A DNA stretch of 35,545 nt from Patescibacteria group bacterium AH-259-L07 (GTDB taxonomy: Bacteria; Patescibacteriota; Patescibacteriia; UBA2591; UBA6264): NCBI GenBank assembly GCA_027718005.1, contig JALLOP010000003.1, forward strand, positions 1 through 35,545. Direction: 5' to 3'. Both the position numbers and the translations under genes were made by a program. Each line of letters starts with the position of its first letter. The stretch's first letter is position 1. The notes under the pieces are model-generated. The model worked only from the letters and a program-made list of their open reading frames with translations. It was not told the origin of the DNA and did no database searches. Below are positions 26,375 to 35,489 of this stretch, piece after piece.

Positions 26375-26483
26375 AGAATGCAGAATGAAGAATGAAGAAT
26401 TGGGGTAGAGCTCATTCATTATTCTAAATTCATCATTCATCATTGAAAATAATTCATCATTCTAAATTCATAATTCATAATTG
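26370..26483. repeat. Inverted heptamer tracts (AATGAAG)n…(ATTCATC/A)n
   Basis: Left arm 26370-26401; right arm present twice (26414-26444, 26452-26483). Confidence 0.85.
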
Positions 26484-26487
26484 TAAC

Positions 26488-29400
26488 ATGGCTATTGAAG
26501 TACCAACAACGGAGAAACAAACCTCACCAAAGAAGGCAAAGAAACAAAAAACCCGCCAAGATACAATTACTGCAGAGCAAGTTTTGGTTACAGAAGAGGC
26601 GTATCGTAGAGGGCTGGTGTCTATTCGCGATTTGATTGCCCCGTCTTCGCTGCAGGTTAGTCCTATGTATTTACAGCTTGGCAATCGATATTTGCGAACG
26701 ATTTTTGTAACCACATTCCCTCGATATATTTCAGTTGGCTGGTTTGCTCCCATTATTAATTTTAATGCCTCTTTAGATGTGGCAATGTTTTTCTATCCGG
26801 TTGAGGCAAAAATTGTGCTAAAGCAATTACAAAATCAAGTAGGCAATATTGAAGCACAATTGTCTGAAGAGCATGAAAAAGGCATGCCAAGAGACCCGGT
26901 AAAAGAAACTGCGTTAAAAGATATTGAACGACTACGCGATGAGTTAACAACTGGCGTTGAACATTTTTTCCAATTTTCTCTGTATGTGACCATTTATGCT
27001 AAAGATGAGAAAGAGTTAGATACCTTAACAGAGAAAATAGAAAATTTATTTGCGTCAAAGCTGGTATATACACGCCGGGCATTTTATCAAGCTGAACAAG
27101 GATTTGACTCAACCCTTCCTTTGGCAAATGACAAGATAATGGTTTCCATAAATATTAATTCATCACCTATTGCTTCAAGTTTCCCGTTCATCTCTGCTGA
27201 CCTTACTTCAGATAATGGCATTTTATATGGGATTAATCGGCATAATAATAGTTTGATTTTGTTTGATCGATTTTCCATGCCTAACGCCAATTTCACAATT
27301 TTCGCAAGTTCAGGCAGCGGTAAAAGCTTGACAAAAGACACTCCTGTTTTAGTAAAAGACAAAGGAAATATTCAGCTAATAGAGATCGGTCCTTTGGTTG
27401 AAAAAATAATTAAAAAGCGTGGAGCCGTTCAGATAGAGGATGAAATTGAAGGGGTAGTTGATCCAGGCCTTGAGGTTTATACTTTTAATAAAGAACTGAA
27501 GGGCGAATGGTCAAACGTTACAATTGCGGCGCGAAAAAAAGCGCCAAAAACGTTGTATCAATTTAAAACACAAAGCGGCAGATCAATTACCACCACCGGT
27601 GATCATAATATGTTGGTTTTACGAGAGGGGAAAGTAGTTGCTGACAAGAGTGATAATATTAAAGAAGGAGAATACGTGCCTTTGTCTCGAGAAATTTCTG
27701 GACCAAAAAATCCAACAAAAGACTTTAATCTGCTCACTCTTTTAAAGAATGCATATAACGTATATGTTGATGGTGCACAAGAATTTATACAACAACATTA
27801 TTCTGTTCTAAAGAACGCAAAAATTAATCCTAAGTTTGATAGATATCTATATAAATATCGCCAGCGCAGACGGATTCCATTAAGTTATTTTATGCAGATT
27901 TTACAGTATCTTAGTATAGAACCGGACAAAGAATTATGTCAAAAGGTAAAAGTTTGTTCTCGCAATAATAAAGGGAAAGAAAATACATATTTACCTGCCT
28001 TATTTGAGATTACGCCAGAATTTTTACGCATTTTAGGATATATTATAAGTGAGGGAACGACTGGCGATAAGTATGTTTTGATTACTAACACTAATCCAGA
28101 AGTGCAAGACGATATTAAACTATGCTTGAAGAAGTTAAATATTGCATATAATATTCGGGCAGGCGAAACATTTGCATTTATTGGAAGAGCATTTGTTGAG
28201 CTTATTAAAGCTATAGGAGCATATGGAAAATCAGGGGAAAAAAGGGTGCCGCCATTTATATTTAATCTCTCTAATGAACATATCGCCGAATTCTTAAAAG
28301 CATACTTTGAAGGAGATGGCGGCGTTGAGTCTGCTTCAATCAATGCGACTTCCAAGTCCGCTGACCTTATATCTGATCTTTCATATCTTTTAATGCGACA
28401 TGGTATTGTTTCGCGTTCTGGAGTAAAAAAGAAATGCGCTACCAACACCCTAGATAAAAAGATGAGAAGTTATTGGCATATAAGCATTACAGGACAGAGC
28501 AATTTAAAACAGTTTTTAAATAATATTAATTTTGTTTCTGTTCTTAAGAAGGAAAAGTTAAGAGCGTTGATAGGTAAGAATGAAAATACTAATGTTGATT
28601 TGGTGCCAGGAGTTCAAAATATTTTCAGGGAGGTATATGAATTATTTTCTTTTCAATTACATGGGCTGTCAGATATTAGCAACATCAAGAATGGATTTTA
28701 TAATCCCTCAAGAGATAAACTAAAGGAGCTAATCAAAAAAATTGAACAAAGAATTGAACAATTTAAAGAGTTGGAAAAAAAGTTTGAGATTTTAGAAACA
28801 TTGCCGCAATTATCTTCCATAATTGATACTGGTAAAAATAATAAAGAAATAAATACAGAGCTGTGGAGTAGTTTAGGACATAGTTGGCGATTAATGAAAA
28901 ATAAAGAAATCCGTCCACGTTCAGTAAATGTTTTTAAAGCAGTTAAAATTATTAATGGCGCATTATATTCTTTAACTGATATTAAACAAGCAGTTCATAC
29001 GGGTTTCAAACGAATGAATCTGTCCATAAAGCATTATAAGCATTCACTCAATACCTCGTTAGTTCATAAACCAGAGAGTAATATGCGATATGATATACTT
29101 TATGAAGCAGCCACTTTTGTTCAAGATAATTATCAGAGGATGCTTGAAAGGATTCCCCAAGTCGAAGAGAAATTGCAGCATCTTAAGCTGTTGGCTCATT
29201 CCGATCTATTTTGGGATCCGATTGTTGAGATTAAAAAACTTCAAAATAAAGGTAAATATGTATATGATTTAATGGTTGATAATGAGGTTTTCTTAGCTGG
29301 CCAAAATGGGATGTTTGTTCATAATTCATTTTTCGCTAAATTGGAGGTGCTGCGATCAATGATGATGGGGACTGATGTGATTATTATTGATCCGGAAAAA

Positions 29401-30375
29401 GAGTATAAGCATTTGTCTGATGCGGTAGGCGGGACATATGTAAATATCTCCTTAAGTGCAGACGCAAAATTAAACCCATTTGATTTACCGCGCGCTCAAT
29501 CAAAAGACGTAAAAACCACTGATTTGATTCGATCCGCTGTTATTACGGTAAAGGGATTGCTAAAAATTGCGATCGGGGCTCATATCGGGGAAGGAGTCAA
29601 AGGATTTACGCCGCAGGAAGATTCGTTGCTTGATCGAGCACTTTTAGAAACGTATGCGAAAAAAGATATTATTCCCGGTGCTGATTTATCTAGAGCAGAA
29701 ATGCCTACGATGAGCGATTTGCAGCAGGTTTTAGAAGGCATGGAAGGAGGTGCAGATTTAGCCCAGCGGCTTAAAAAATATACTGAAGGGACCTTTTCTG
29801 GATTTTTAAACCACCCCACGAATGTAAAAATGGATAATCAATTAGTCGCATTTTCAGTACGTGACTTAGAAGATGAACTGCGGCCATTAGCAATTTATAC
29901 TATTGTTAATTATGTGTGGAATACTGTTCGATCAGAGTTAAAAAAGAGAATTTTATTAATTGATGAGGCATGGTGGTTAATGCAAAATGAAGATTCGGCT
30001 AAATTTATCTTTGCATTGGTTAAGCGATGTAGAAAATATTATTTAGGTGTGACGACCATTACCCAAGATGTGGCTGACTTTTTAAACTCTCCCTATGGCC
30101 GCGGCGTTGTGACAAACTCTGCCATGCAATTATTGCTTAAGCAATCTACTGCTGCAATTGAGCAAGTTTCAAAAACATTTATGTTAACTGAGGGTGAGAA
30201 ATATTTGCTTTTGGAGTGCGGCGTAGGAGAAGGTATATTTTTTGCCGGACAAAAGCATGCCGCCATTAAAATTGTTGCATCATATTCTGAAGATCAGTTA
30301 ATTACGTCTGATCCGCAGCAATTGCTAGAAATTGAGCGGTCGAAGCAAGAGTTTGCCGAAAGCCAGGAGGAATAA
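26488..30375 (+). CDS. virB4: VirB4/TraC-family T4SS ATPase containing an intein (about 628 aa after splicing)
   Basis: Walker A ASSGSGK|S, IIIDPEKEY, LNPFD, Walker B ILLIDEAW, RCRKY…TITQ; ATG at 26488. Confidence 0.92.
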   Translation: MAIEVPTTEKQTSPKKAKKQKTRQDTITAEQVLVTEEAYRRGLVSIRDLIAPSSLQVSPMYLQLGNRYLRTIFVTTFPRYISVGWFAPIINFNASLDVAMFFYPVEAKIVLKQLQNQVGNIEAQLSEEHEKGMPRDPVKETALKDIERLRDELTTGVEHFFQFSLYVTIYAKDEKELDTLTEKIENLFASKLVYTRRAFYQAEQGFDSTLPLANDKIMVSININSSPIASSFPFISADLTSDNGILYGINRHNNSLILFDRFSMPNANFTIFASSGSGKSLTKDTPVLVKDKGNIQLIEIGPLVEKIIKKRGAVQIEDEIEGVVDPGLEVYTFNKELKGEWSNVTIAARKKAPKTLYQFKTQSGRSITTTGDHNMLVLREGKVVADKSDNIKEGEYVPLSREISGPKNPTKDFNLLTLLKNAYNVYVDGAQEFIQQHYSVLKNAKINPKFDRYLYKYRQRRRIPLSYFMQILQYLSIEPDKELCQKVKVCSRNNKGKENTYLPALFEITPEFLRILGYIISEGTTGDKYVLITNTNPEVQDDIKLCLKKLNIAYNIRAGETFAFIGRAFVELIKAIGAYGKSGEKRVPPFIFNLSNEHIAEFLKAYFEGDGGVESASINATSKSADLISDLSYLLMRHGIVSRSGVKKKCATNTLDKKMRSYWHISITGQSNLKQFLNNINFVSVLKKEKLRALIGKNENTNVDLVPGVQNIFREVYELFSFQLHGLSDISNIKNGFYNPSRDKLKELIKKIEQRIEQFKELEKKFEILETLPQLSSIIDTGKNNKEINTELWSSLGHSWRLMKNKEIRPRSVNVFKAVKIINGALYSLTDIKQAVHTGFKRMNLSIKHYKHSLNTSLVHKPESNMRYDILYEAATFVQDNYQRMLERIPQVEEKLQHLKLLAHSDLFWDPIVEIKKLQNKGKYVYDLMVDNEVFLAGQNGMFVHNSFFAKLEVLRSMMMGTDVIIIDPEKEYKHLSDAVGGTYVNISLSADAKLNPFDLPRAQSKDVKTTDLIRSAVITVKGLLKIAIGAHIGEGVKGFTPQEDSLLDRALLETYAKKDIIPGADLSRAEMPTMSDLQQVLEGMEGGADLAQRLKKYTEGTFSGFLNHPTNVKMDNQLVAFSVRDLEDELRPLAIYTIVNYVWNTVRSELKKRILLIDEAWWLMQNEDSAKFIFALVKRCRKYYLGVTTITQDVADFLNSPYGRGVVTNSAMQLLLKQSTAAIEQVSKTFMLTEGEKYLLLECGVGEGIFFAGQKHAAIKIVASYSEDQLITSDPQQLLEIERSKQEFAESQEE
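27325..29325 (+). mobile_element. Intein with LAGLIDADG homing endonuclease (667 aa)
   Basis: Block A SLTKDTPV, block B TTTGDHNML, LAGLIDADG-like ILGYIISEG and FLKAYFEGDG, block F YVYDLMV, block G FVHN|S. Confidence 0.95.
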
Positions 30376-30518
30376 TCCCTCACCCAGAAATTATAATGCT
30401 CAGCATTTTTGTCATGTTCTGGGGAAGGGAAATAAAATTAGAGAAATAAAAGGTTAGAACTAAGTAAATTAATAATTATGCTTCGCATTAAAAAATGCAT
30501 AATTTCTGGGTGAGGGAT
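30375..30518. mobile_element. MITE with perfect 20-bp terminal inverted repeats
   Basis: atccctcacccagaaattat (30375-30394) / ataatttctgggtgagggat (30499-30518). Confidence 0.88.
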
Positions 30519-31080
30519 GAAAAAACAAATTTTAACTATAATCATAATTATACTAGCCGGAGTGGTGGTTTTTGCATTAGTTCAGAGCATACGAACAGGT
30601 ATAGTAAGCGAAAAAGGCCCAGTAGGATCTCAAAAAGAAGTTGAAAAACCAGAAGTGCCTAAAGAGACGGAAATGACTGAAGCGCCTGCAGAAGAGGAGG
30701 GGCAAATGCCATCAAAAACAGAATCAGAATTAAAGCTTCAAGCGCGCGCGTTTATACAGACCTATGGTACGTATTCGTCTGACAGCGGCTATGCAAACCT
30801 TGTGGGATTATTAGATTTTATGACTGATAAACTGCGGCAGGAAACACAAGCAAGAATTGACTCTGGTGTTGATAAGTCAGAAGGATTTTTTAGTATCATA
30901 GTTAAGGTGGGGTCAATTGAAACACTAAGCTTTATGTTTGACGCCAGAGCATTATTTACCGCGCAAACACAGGTTCAGGAAATGAAAAAAGGAGAGACAA
31001 AACTTTCTCAGCAAATAGTTGATGTATTGTTTATAAAAGTTGGAGATGATTGGCTGGTAGATGATATCGAATTTAAATAA
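30517..31080 (+). CDS. Bitopic membrane protein, possibly VirB8/TcpC-like (NTF2 fold)
   Basis: N-terminal TM, linker, ARAFIQTYGTYS…KVGDDWLVDDIEF; follows virB4. Confidence 0.6.
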   Translation: MKKQILTIIIIILAGVVVFALVQSIRTGIVSEKGPVGSQKEVEKPEVPKETEMTEAPAEEEGQMPSKTESELKLQARAFIQTYGTYSSDSGYANLVGLLDFMTDKLRQETQARIDSGVDKSEGFFSIIVKVGSIETLSFMFDARALFTAQTQVQEMKKGETKLSQQIVDVLFIKVGDDWLVDDIEFK

Positions 31081-31089
31081 TAAATAGTA

Positions 31090-31114
31090 ATGTTTAAAGC
31101 CGGGCTTTAAACAT
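31090..31114. repeat. TGTTTAA-GC palindrome, copy 1 of 3
   Basis: atgtttaaagcc-g-ggctttaaacat; related copies at 32518-32541 and 34106-34128. Confidence 0.85.
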
Positions 31115-31119
31115 ATATT

Positions 31120-32511
31120 ATGACTAAAAAGGTATTACTTTTATTAATAATAGCAGTTATTGGTTTTGCATTCGTGGCAATGCCTGTTTTGGCGTTGGGC
31201 CATAAAGAGCCGATAAAGTTTCAGCCGCAGGTGGAGATTCCTGGCTCAAAGTTTAAGCCAGGAGAAGAAATTGTCATTACCAAGGAAGGGACATCATTTG
31301 CTGAGTATCTTTCTGCATTTTTTGATTGGTCAATTCGGGCAATTGTACTTATTGGTGTGGTTATGATTATGGTTGGTGGATTTCAGTGGATGACCGCGGC
31401 AGGGAATGCGCCAAAAGTAGGACAGGCAAAAGCGCGAATTATATCTGCGTTAATCGGCATTGGTCTGGCGCTTGGCTCATATTCCATTTTAAACTTTATT
31501 TCTCCCTCTTTGACGCGGTTGGAGGGGATAAAACTGGGAGAGCCTCTAGGAAGAAAAGAGCTATTGGCGGGATTAAGTGAATCACCGTGTGGTAAATGTG
31601 GAAGTAATGAAATTTGTGTATATGAAGTAGTTGAGATAAGAGGAACAATAAGAGGTGAGTGTAAAGGTGGGCGGTTGATAACTAATGCTTTGCAGTGCGG
31701 CTTCGTGCATGAAACTGCTAATATACGGACTGTAGGGAACAAGTGCAGCATAGGCGAGCAGTGTAGTATAGAAGCTTCTAAAACAAAACTCCTTCCTACA
31801 ACCGACTATAAAGAGGCAAAGTGTTTAAAAGCAGAGACTGTGGCAGGGCAAAGTTGTACAGCAGAAAGAAAGGATGAAAATGGTGCAGTGATTGAGACTA
31901 TAGAGGGAATTTGTATAGATGCTGGCACTGAGGCAAGATATAAGGAATATAAAGAAGGGAAAGTGTCGGGCTATGTGTGTGCGCCAGGTGGATGCGGAGC
32001 AGGCTGGGATATTTGTTGTAGAAATTTGGGACTACAAGATCTTTATGATACTGTGTCTGGTTCGATATCTTACCCTGAAGCCTCTACCCCCATTGAAGAT
32101 TATCCAGATAATAGAAGGGTTAAGAAAGTTAGCCTTGAGGTAAAATCTTATTTACCAAAGTCAGAGGGAGGTGTTTATAGGTATTATGACACTGGTTCAG
32201 GGTATACTACTTATACTAAAGATAAAGATAGATATTCTCTTGATCCAAAAAACGCTATTTCAAGATCAAATATTGATGTAACTAAAGGCGTACAAGGTCT
32301 TTTACGGGTTATAATTCAGGATAAGGGACCCGATGTTGATGATACCTGTTGTATTGGAACAAAGGGGTATAGATTCAAAGATAATACTTTTACGGGAGGG
32401 GAAGCAAGATGCAAAGAAGAAGATGAGGACCTAGGATTGTTTTCCTTGTTTAAAGAAAATAATAAAAGTCAATTGTCCATTGATGTTAATGTATTAAAGT
32501 GCCTTCAATAA
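31120..32511 (+). CDS. VirB2/TrbC-like pilin fused to a Cys-rich C-terminal domain
   Basis: Signal peptide; IMVGGFQWMTAAGNAPKVGQAKARIISALIGIGLALGSYSILNFISP pilin motif; Cys-rich region after it. Confidence 0.8.
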   Translation: MTKKVLLLLIIAVIGFAFVAMPVLALGHKEPIKFQPQVEIPGSKFKPGEEIVITKEGTSFAEYLSAFFDWSIRAIVLIGVVMIMVGGFQWMTAAGNAPKVGQAKARIISALIGIGLALGSYSILNFISPSLTRLEGIKLGEPLGRKELLAGLSESPCGKCGSNEICVYEVVEIRGTIRGECKGGRLITNALQCGFVHETANIRTVGNKCSIGEQCSIEASKTKLLPTTDYKEAKCLKAETVAGQSCTAERKDENGAVIETIEGICIDAGTEARYKEYKEGKVSGYVCAPGGCGAGWDICCRNLGLQDLYDTVSGSISYPEASTPIEDYPDNRRVKKVSLEVKSYLPKSEGGVYRYYDTGSGYTTYTKDKDRYSLDPKNAISRSNIDVTKGVQGLLRVIIQDKGPDVDDTCCIGTKGYRFKDNTFTGGEARCKEEDEDLGLFSLFKENNKSQLSIDVNVLKCLQ

Positions 32512-32558
32512 AAAGAAATGTTTAACGCTGGGTGTTAAACGCCCTAAAAAGCTAACAT

Positions 32559-32663
32559 ATGGATAAGAAAAAGTTATTTATCCTGTTAAATAAAATCAAA
32601 GATTTTAGGCCAAAGGCCTATTTAACAGGGTGAATTAGTGATTGGTTTTATTGGAGTGGTCAT
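32559..32663 (+). pseudogene. Duplicated 5' end of gene 34191, interrupted by a 55-bp IR element
   Basis: atggataagaaaaagttatt|attagtgattggttttattggagtggtcat matches 34191-34240; insert 32579-32633 has cctgttaaata/tatttaacagg IR. Confidence 0.8.
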
Positions 32664-33065
32664 ATGACAAAGAATTTAAAATCTCAAGTTGAATATTGGA
32701 GAAATTCTGCACAACGCAATTGGAAAACTGCGTTAAGTTTGTTTGACTTAAAACATTATGATTCTTGTCTTTTCTTTTGTCATTTAACTTTAGAGAAAGC
32801 TTTAAAAGCATTGGTTGTCCAACAAATAAACAAGCCGGCGCCCTATATTCATGATTTAGCAAAATTATCTGAAATAGCTCAGTTGGAAACATCTGAAGAC
32901 CAGACTCAAAATTTAAGGACTATTACTGGATTTAATATGGCGGCTCGATACGACGATGTAAAACTTTCTTTTTACAAGAGATGCACAAGAGAATATACTC
33001 AAAAGTATTTAGAAATAACAAGAAAATTATACTCATGGTTAAAAAAACAATACCTCAAAAAGTAA
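32664..33065 (+). CDS. HEPN domain protein (copy 1)
   Basis: FFCHLTLEKALKAL…PYIHDL…ARY. Confidence 0.9.
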   Translation: MTKNLKSQVEYWRNSAQRNWKTALSLFDLKHYDSCLFFCHLTLEKALKALVVQQINKPAPYIHDLAKLSEIAQLETSEDQTQNLRTITGFNMAARYDDVKLSFYKRCTREYTQKYLEITRKLYSWLKKQYLKK

Positions 33066-33361
33066 AAAATGAGGTTAAGGAATATATTGATGTATTGAGG
33101 GCAGATAAATTGCCGATTACCAAAGCAATTGTATTTGGTTCATACGCGAAAGGCACCCAGCATAAGTGGAGCGATATTGACCTGTGTATTATTTCACCAA
33201 AATTTAAAAATGCATTTAATGCAATGCAATATTTATGGTCAAAACGTATTAAAGATTCAGGATTAACTATTGAGCCGGTTGGATTTAGCCCCAAAGATTT
33301 TAAAGATGATACATCTCTTACCTATGAGATAAAGCAGACAGGGGTAGAATTAAAGATTTAG
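33035..33361 (+). CDS. Minimal nucleotidyltransferase (copy 1)
   Basis: VFGSYAKG…SDIDLCIIS…IEPVG; ATG 33035 overlaps the HEPN end. Confidence 0.9.
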   Translation: MVKKTIPQKVKNEVKEYIDVLRADKLPITKAIVFGSYAKGTQHKWSDIDLCIISPKFKNAFNAMQYLWSKRIKDSGLTIEPVGFSPKDFKDDTSLTYEIKQTGVELKI

Positions 33362-33410
33362 TTTTTATAAAAATGGATAAGAAGAAATTATTATTTGTTG
33401 GAGTTGTTAT

Positions 33411-33809
33411 ATGACAAAAAATTTAAAATCTCAAGTTGAATATTGGGTAAAGACATCTCAGCACGATTATAAAACAATGCTTGGCTTGTTTAGAATTAAA
33501 AGATATTCTGATTGTTTGTTCTACGGGCATATAGTTTTGGAAAAGATTCTAAAAGCATTGGTGGTTTATAAAACAAAAAAATATGCGCCCTATACCCATG
33601 ATCTTGTTTATTTAGTCAATTTGGCAGGTCTTAAATTAACAAATAGCCAGTTGAACCTTTTAGATAGGGCTAACCGTTTTAATATCAGAGCAAGATATCC
33701 GGATGCCAGACTTGAATTTTATAAAATTTGCAACAGGAAATACGCAGAGAAGTATTTAAAACAAATCAAAGTTTTATACAAATTTTTATGTCAAAAAATA
33801 AAGCTATAA
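33411..33809 (+). CDS. HEPN domain protein (copy 2)
   Basis: FYGHIVLEKILKAL…PYTHDL…ARYPD. Confidence 0.9.
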   Translation: MTKNLKSQVEYWVKTSQHDYKTMLGLFRIKRYSDCLFYGHIVLEKILKALVVYKTKKYAPYTHDLVYLVNLAGLKLTNSQLNLLDRANRFNIRARYPDARLEFYKICNRKYAEKYLKQIKVLYKFLCQKIKL

Positions 33810-34099
33810 AATCAGTTAGAAAATATATTGATACGCTTAAGCAAGAAAATTTTCCTTTGAGCGCTGTTTATATTTTCGGCTCGTATGCTAAGGGGAGAGC
33901 ACATTTTGGCAGTGACATTGACGTTGCTATAGTTTCTCCTAAATTAAGAGAAAATTGGGACGAAGTGGAAAGTTGGCTTTGGGAAAAAAGAAGAGGTATA
34001 GATGCGCTCATTGAGCCAGTTGGTTATGCGCCAGAAGATTTTACTGAAGCCGACCCTTTAGTATCCGAAATTAAGGCAACAGGCATAAGAGTATTATAG
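33788..34099 (+). CDS. Minimal nucleotidyltransferase (copy 2)
   Basis: IFGSYAKG…SDIDVAIVS…IEPVG; ATG 33788. Confidence 0.9.
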   Translation: MSKNKAIKSVRKYIDTLKQENFPLSAVYIFGSYAKGRAHFGSDIDVAIVSPKLRENWDEVESWLWEKRRGIDALIEPVGYAPEDFTEADPLVSEIKATGIRVL

Positions 34100-34190
34100 A
34101 ACAAGTGTTTAAAGCCTGGCGTTAAACATTTATAAATGCAAAATTAATTCATCGCTCATTATTCTGAATTCATAATTCATCATTGTTTTT

Positions 34191-35489
34191 ATGGATAAGA
34201 AAAAGGTATTATTAGTTATCGGATTTATTGGAGTGGTCATTGTGATGGCAGTGCTTTTATATTTTGCGTTTTTTAAACGTCCGCCTGCACCACCCCCCGT
34301 AGTTGTTCCACCGGAGGAAGTAGAAGTAGTGAGACCAGCACGGTTGCCAGTGACACGAGAAATTTGGGAGCGGATGACGATTGAGGAGCGCATTACGCGC
34401 GGCTTGTCTGTATATGAGTTTGAAGAAGAGCGGGCAAAAGAAGTGACCGTGCCGCCAACAATTGAACGGCGCGTTGCACCTCAAATTGACGAGGTAGCGC
34501 AAGGCGGGAGAACCTGGATAAATCCAATATCAAGCGATCCAGTGCAAGGCGCAACCTTAGCTGCAGATGGACAAAATAATGTTTTTTATGATAAAAGTAC
34601 AGGCCAGTTTTATGAGATTGATAGTTTTGGCAATAAAACCTTATTAACTGATCAAGTTTTTTATAATGTAAGTGATGTTAATTGGGCGCCGACTAAAGAT
34701 CGGGCAATTATTGAATATCCTGACGGTTTTAAAGTAATGTATGATTTTGATAAAGATCAGCAATATACCCTGCCAAAAAACTGGGAAGAGTTTTCCTGGG
34801 ACTCAGCTGGCGGAAGAATCGCGTTTAAAGCAATGAGTAAGTATCCTGAAAATACGTGGCTGGCTGTTGCGCGTCCTGACGGATCCGGAGCAAAACCCAT
34901 TGAGCACATGGGAGACAATGCTGATAAAGTTACGGTTTCATGGTCCCCCAATAGTACGATAATTGCATTTTCAGCCACTGGAACACCGCGCGGGACATGG
35001 GAGCAGGAACTTCTTTTAATTGGCCAGCATGGAGAGAATTTTAAACCTTTAGTTGTTGATGGCCGCGGGTTTGAATCACGGTGGGCGCCAGAGGGCGATA
35101 AAATTGCCTATAGTGTATACAGTGCTGATTCTTTATACCAGCCCCGTTTATATATAGCTGGTGCTTCACCAGATAATATTGGAGAAAATAAAATAGCTAC
35201 GGGTTTAGCTACGTGGGCGCATAAATGCGCATTTAATAATGGCGGTTCGTACTTATATTGTGCCGTACCGCAGTTCTTGCCTGAAGGAGCAGGATTGGTT
35301 GCTGAATTGAGCGAAAATACACGCGATGATTTTTATAAGATAAATACTGCTACGGGAGAAGTTTCTTTTTTGGCCGAAGGAGCAATGGGAGGATATAATG
35401 TGCGCGATATGTATGTATCAGGTGATGACTCAGTTCTTTATTTTGTAGATGAAAATACAGAAAGACTAAGGAGCATTCGATTAAAATAA
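34191..35489 (+). CDS. Membrane-anchored TolB/WD40-like beta-propeller protein
   Basis: N-terminal TM, Pro linker, repeated WAP/WSP/WDS blade motifs. Confidence 0.75.
   Translation: MDKKKVLLVIGFIGVVIVMAVLLYFAFFKRPPAPPPVVVPPEEVEVVRPARLPVTREIWERMTIEERITRGLSVYEFEEERAKEVTVPPTIERRVAPQIDEVAQGGRTWINPISSDPVQGATLAADGQNNVFYDKSTGQFYEIDSFGNKTLLTDQVFYNVSDVNWAPTKDRAIIEYPDGFKVMYDFDKDQQYTLPKNWEEFSWDSAGGRIAFKAMSKYPENTWLAVARPDGSGAKPIEHMGDNADKVTVSWSPNSTIIAFSATGTPRGTWEQELLLIGQHGENFKPLVVDGRGFESRWAPEGDKIAYSVYSADSLYQPRLYIAGASPDNIGENKIATGLATWAHKCAFNNGGSYLYCAVPQFLPEGAGLVAELSENTRDDFYKINTATGEVSFLAEGAMGGYNVRDMYVSGDDSVLYFVDENTERLRSIRLK

Noticed and set aside
26443-26487. TTG start of virB4 (MKIIHHSKFIIHNCN)
   Set aside because: This is translation of the heptamer tract; ATG 26488 is more plausible
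32981-33787. Longer MNT starts at 32981 and 33728
   Set aside because: Excessive overlap with the HEPN genes; ATGs at 33035 and 33788 give typical ~105 aa MNTs
31090-34240. CRISPR array or integron attC array
   Set aside because: Repeats are separated by whole genes, there is no cas or intI gene, and the palindromes are too short for attC structure
747-34978. Many short antisense or alternate-frame ORFs in the track
   Set aside because: They lie within well-supported genes and show no motifs; treated as shadow ORFs
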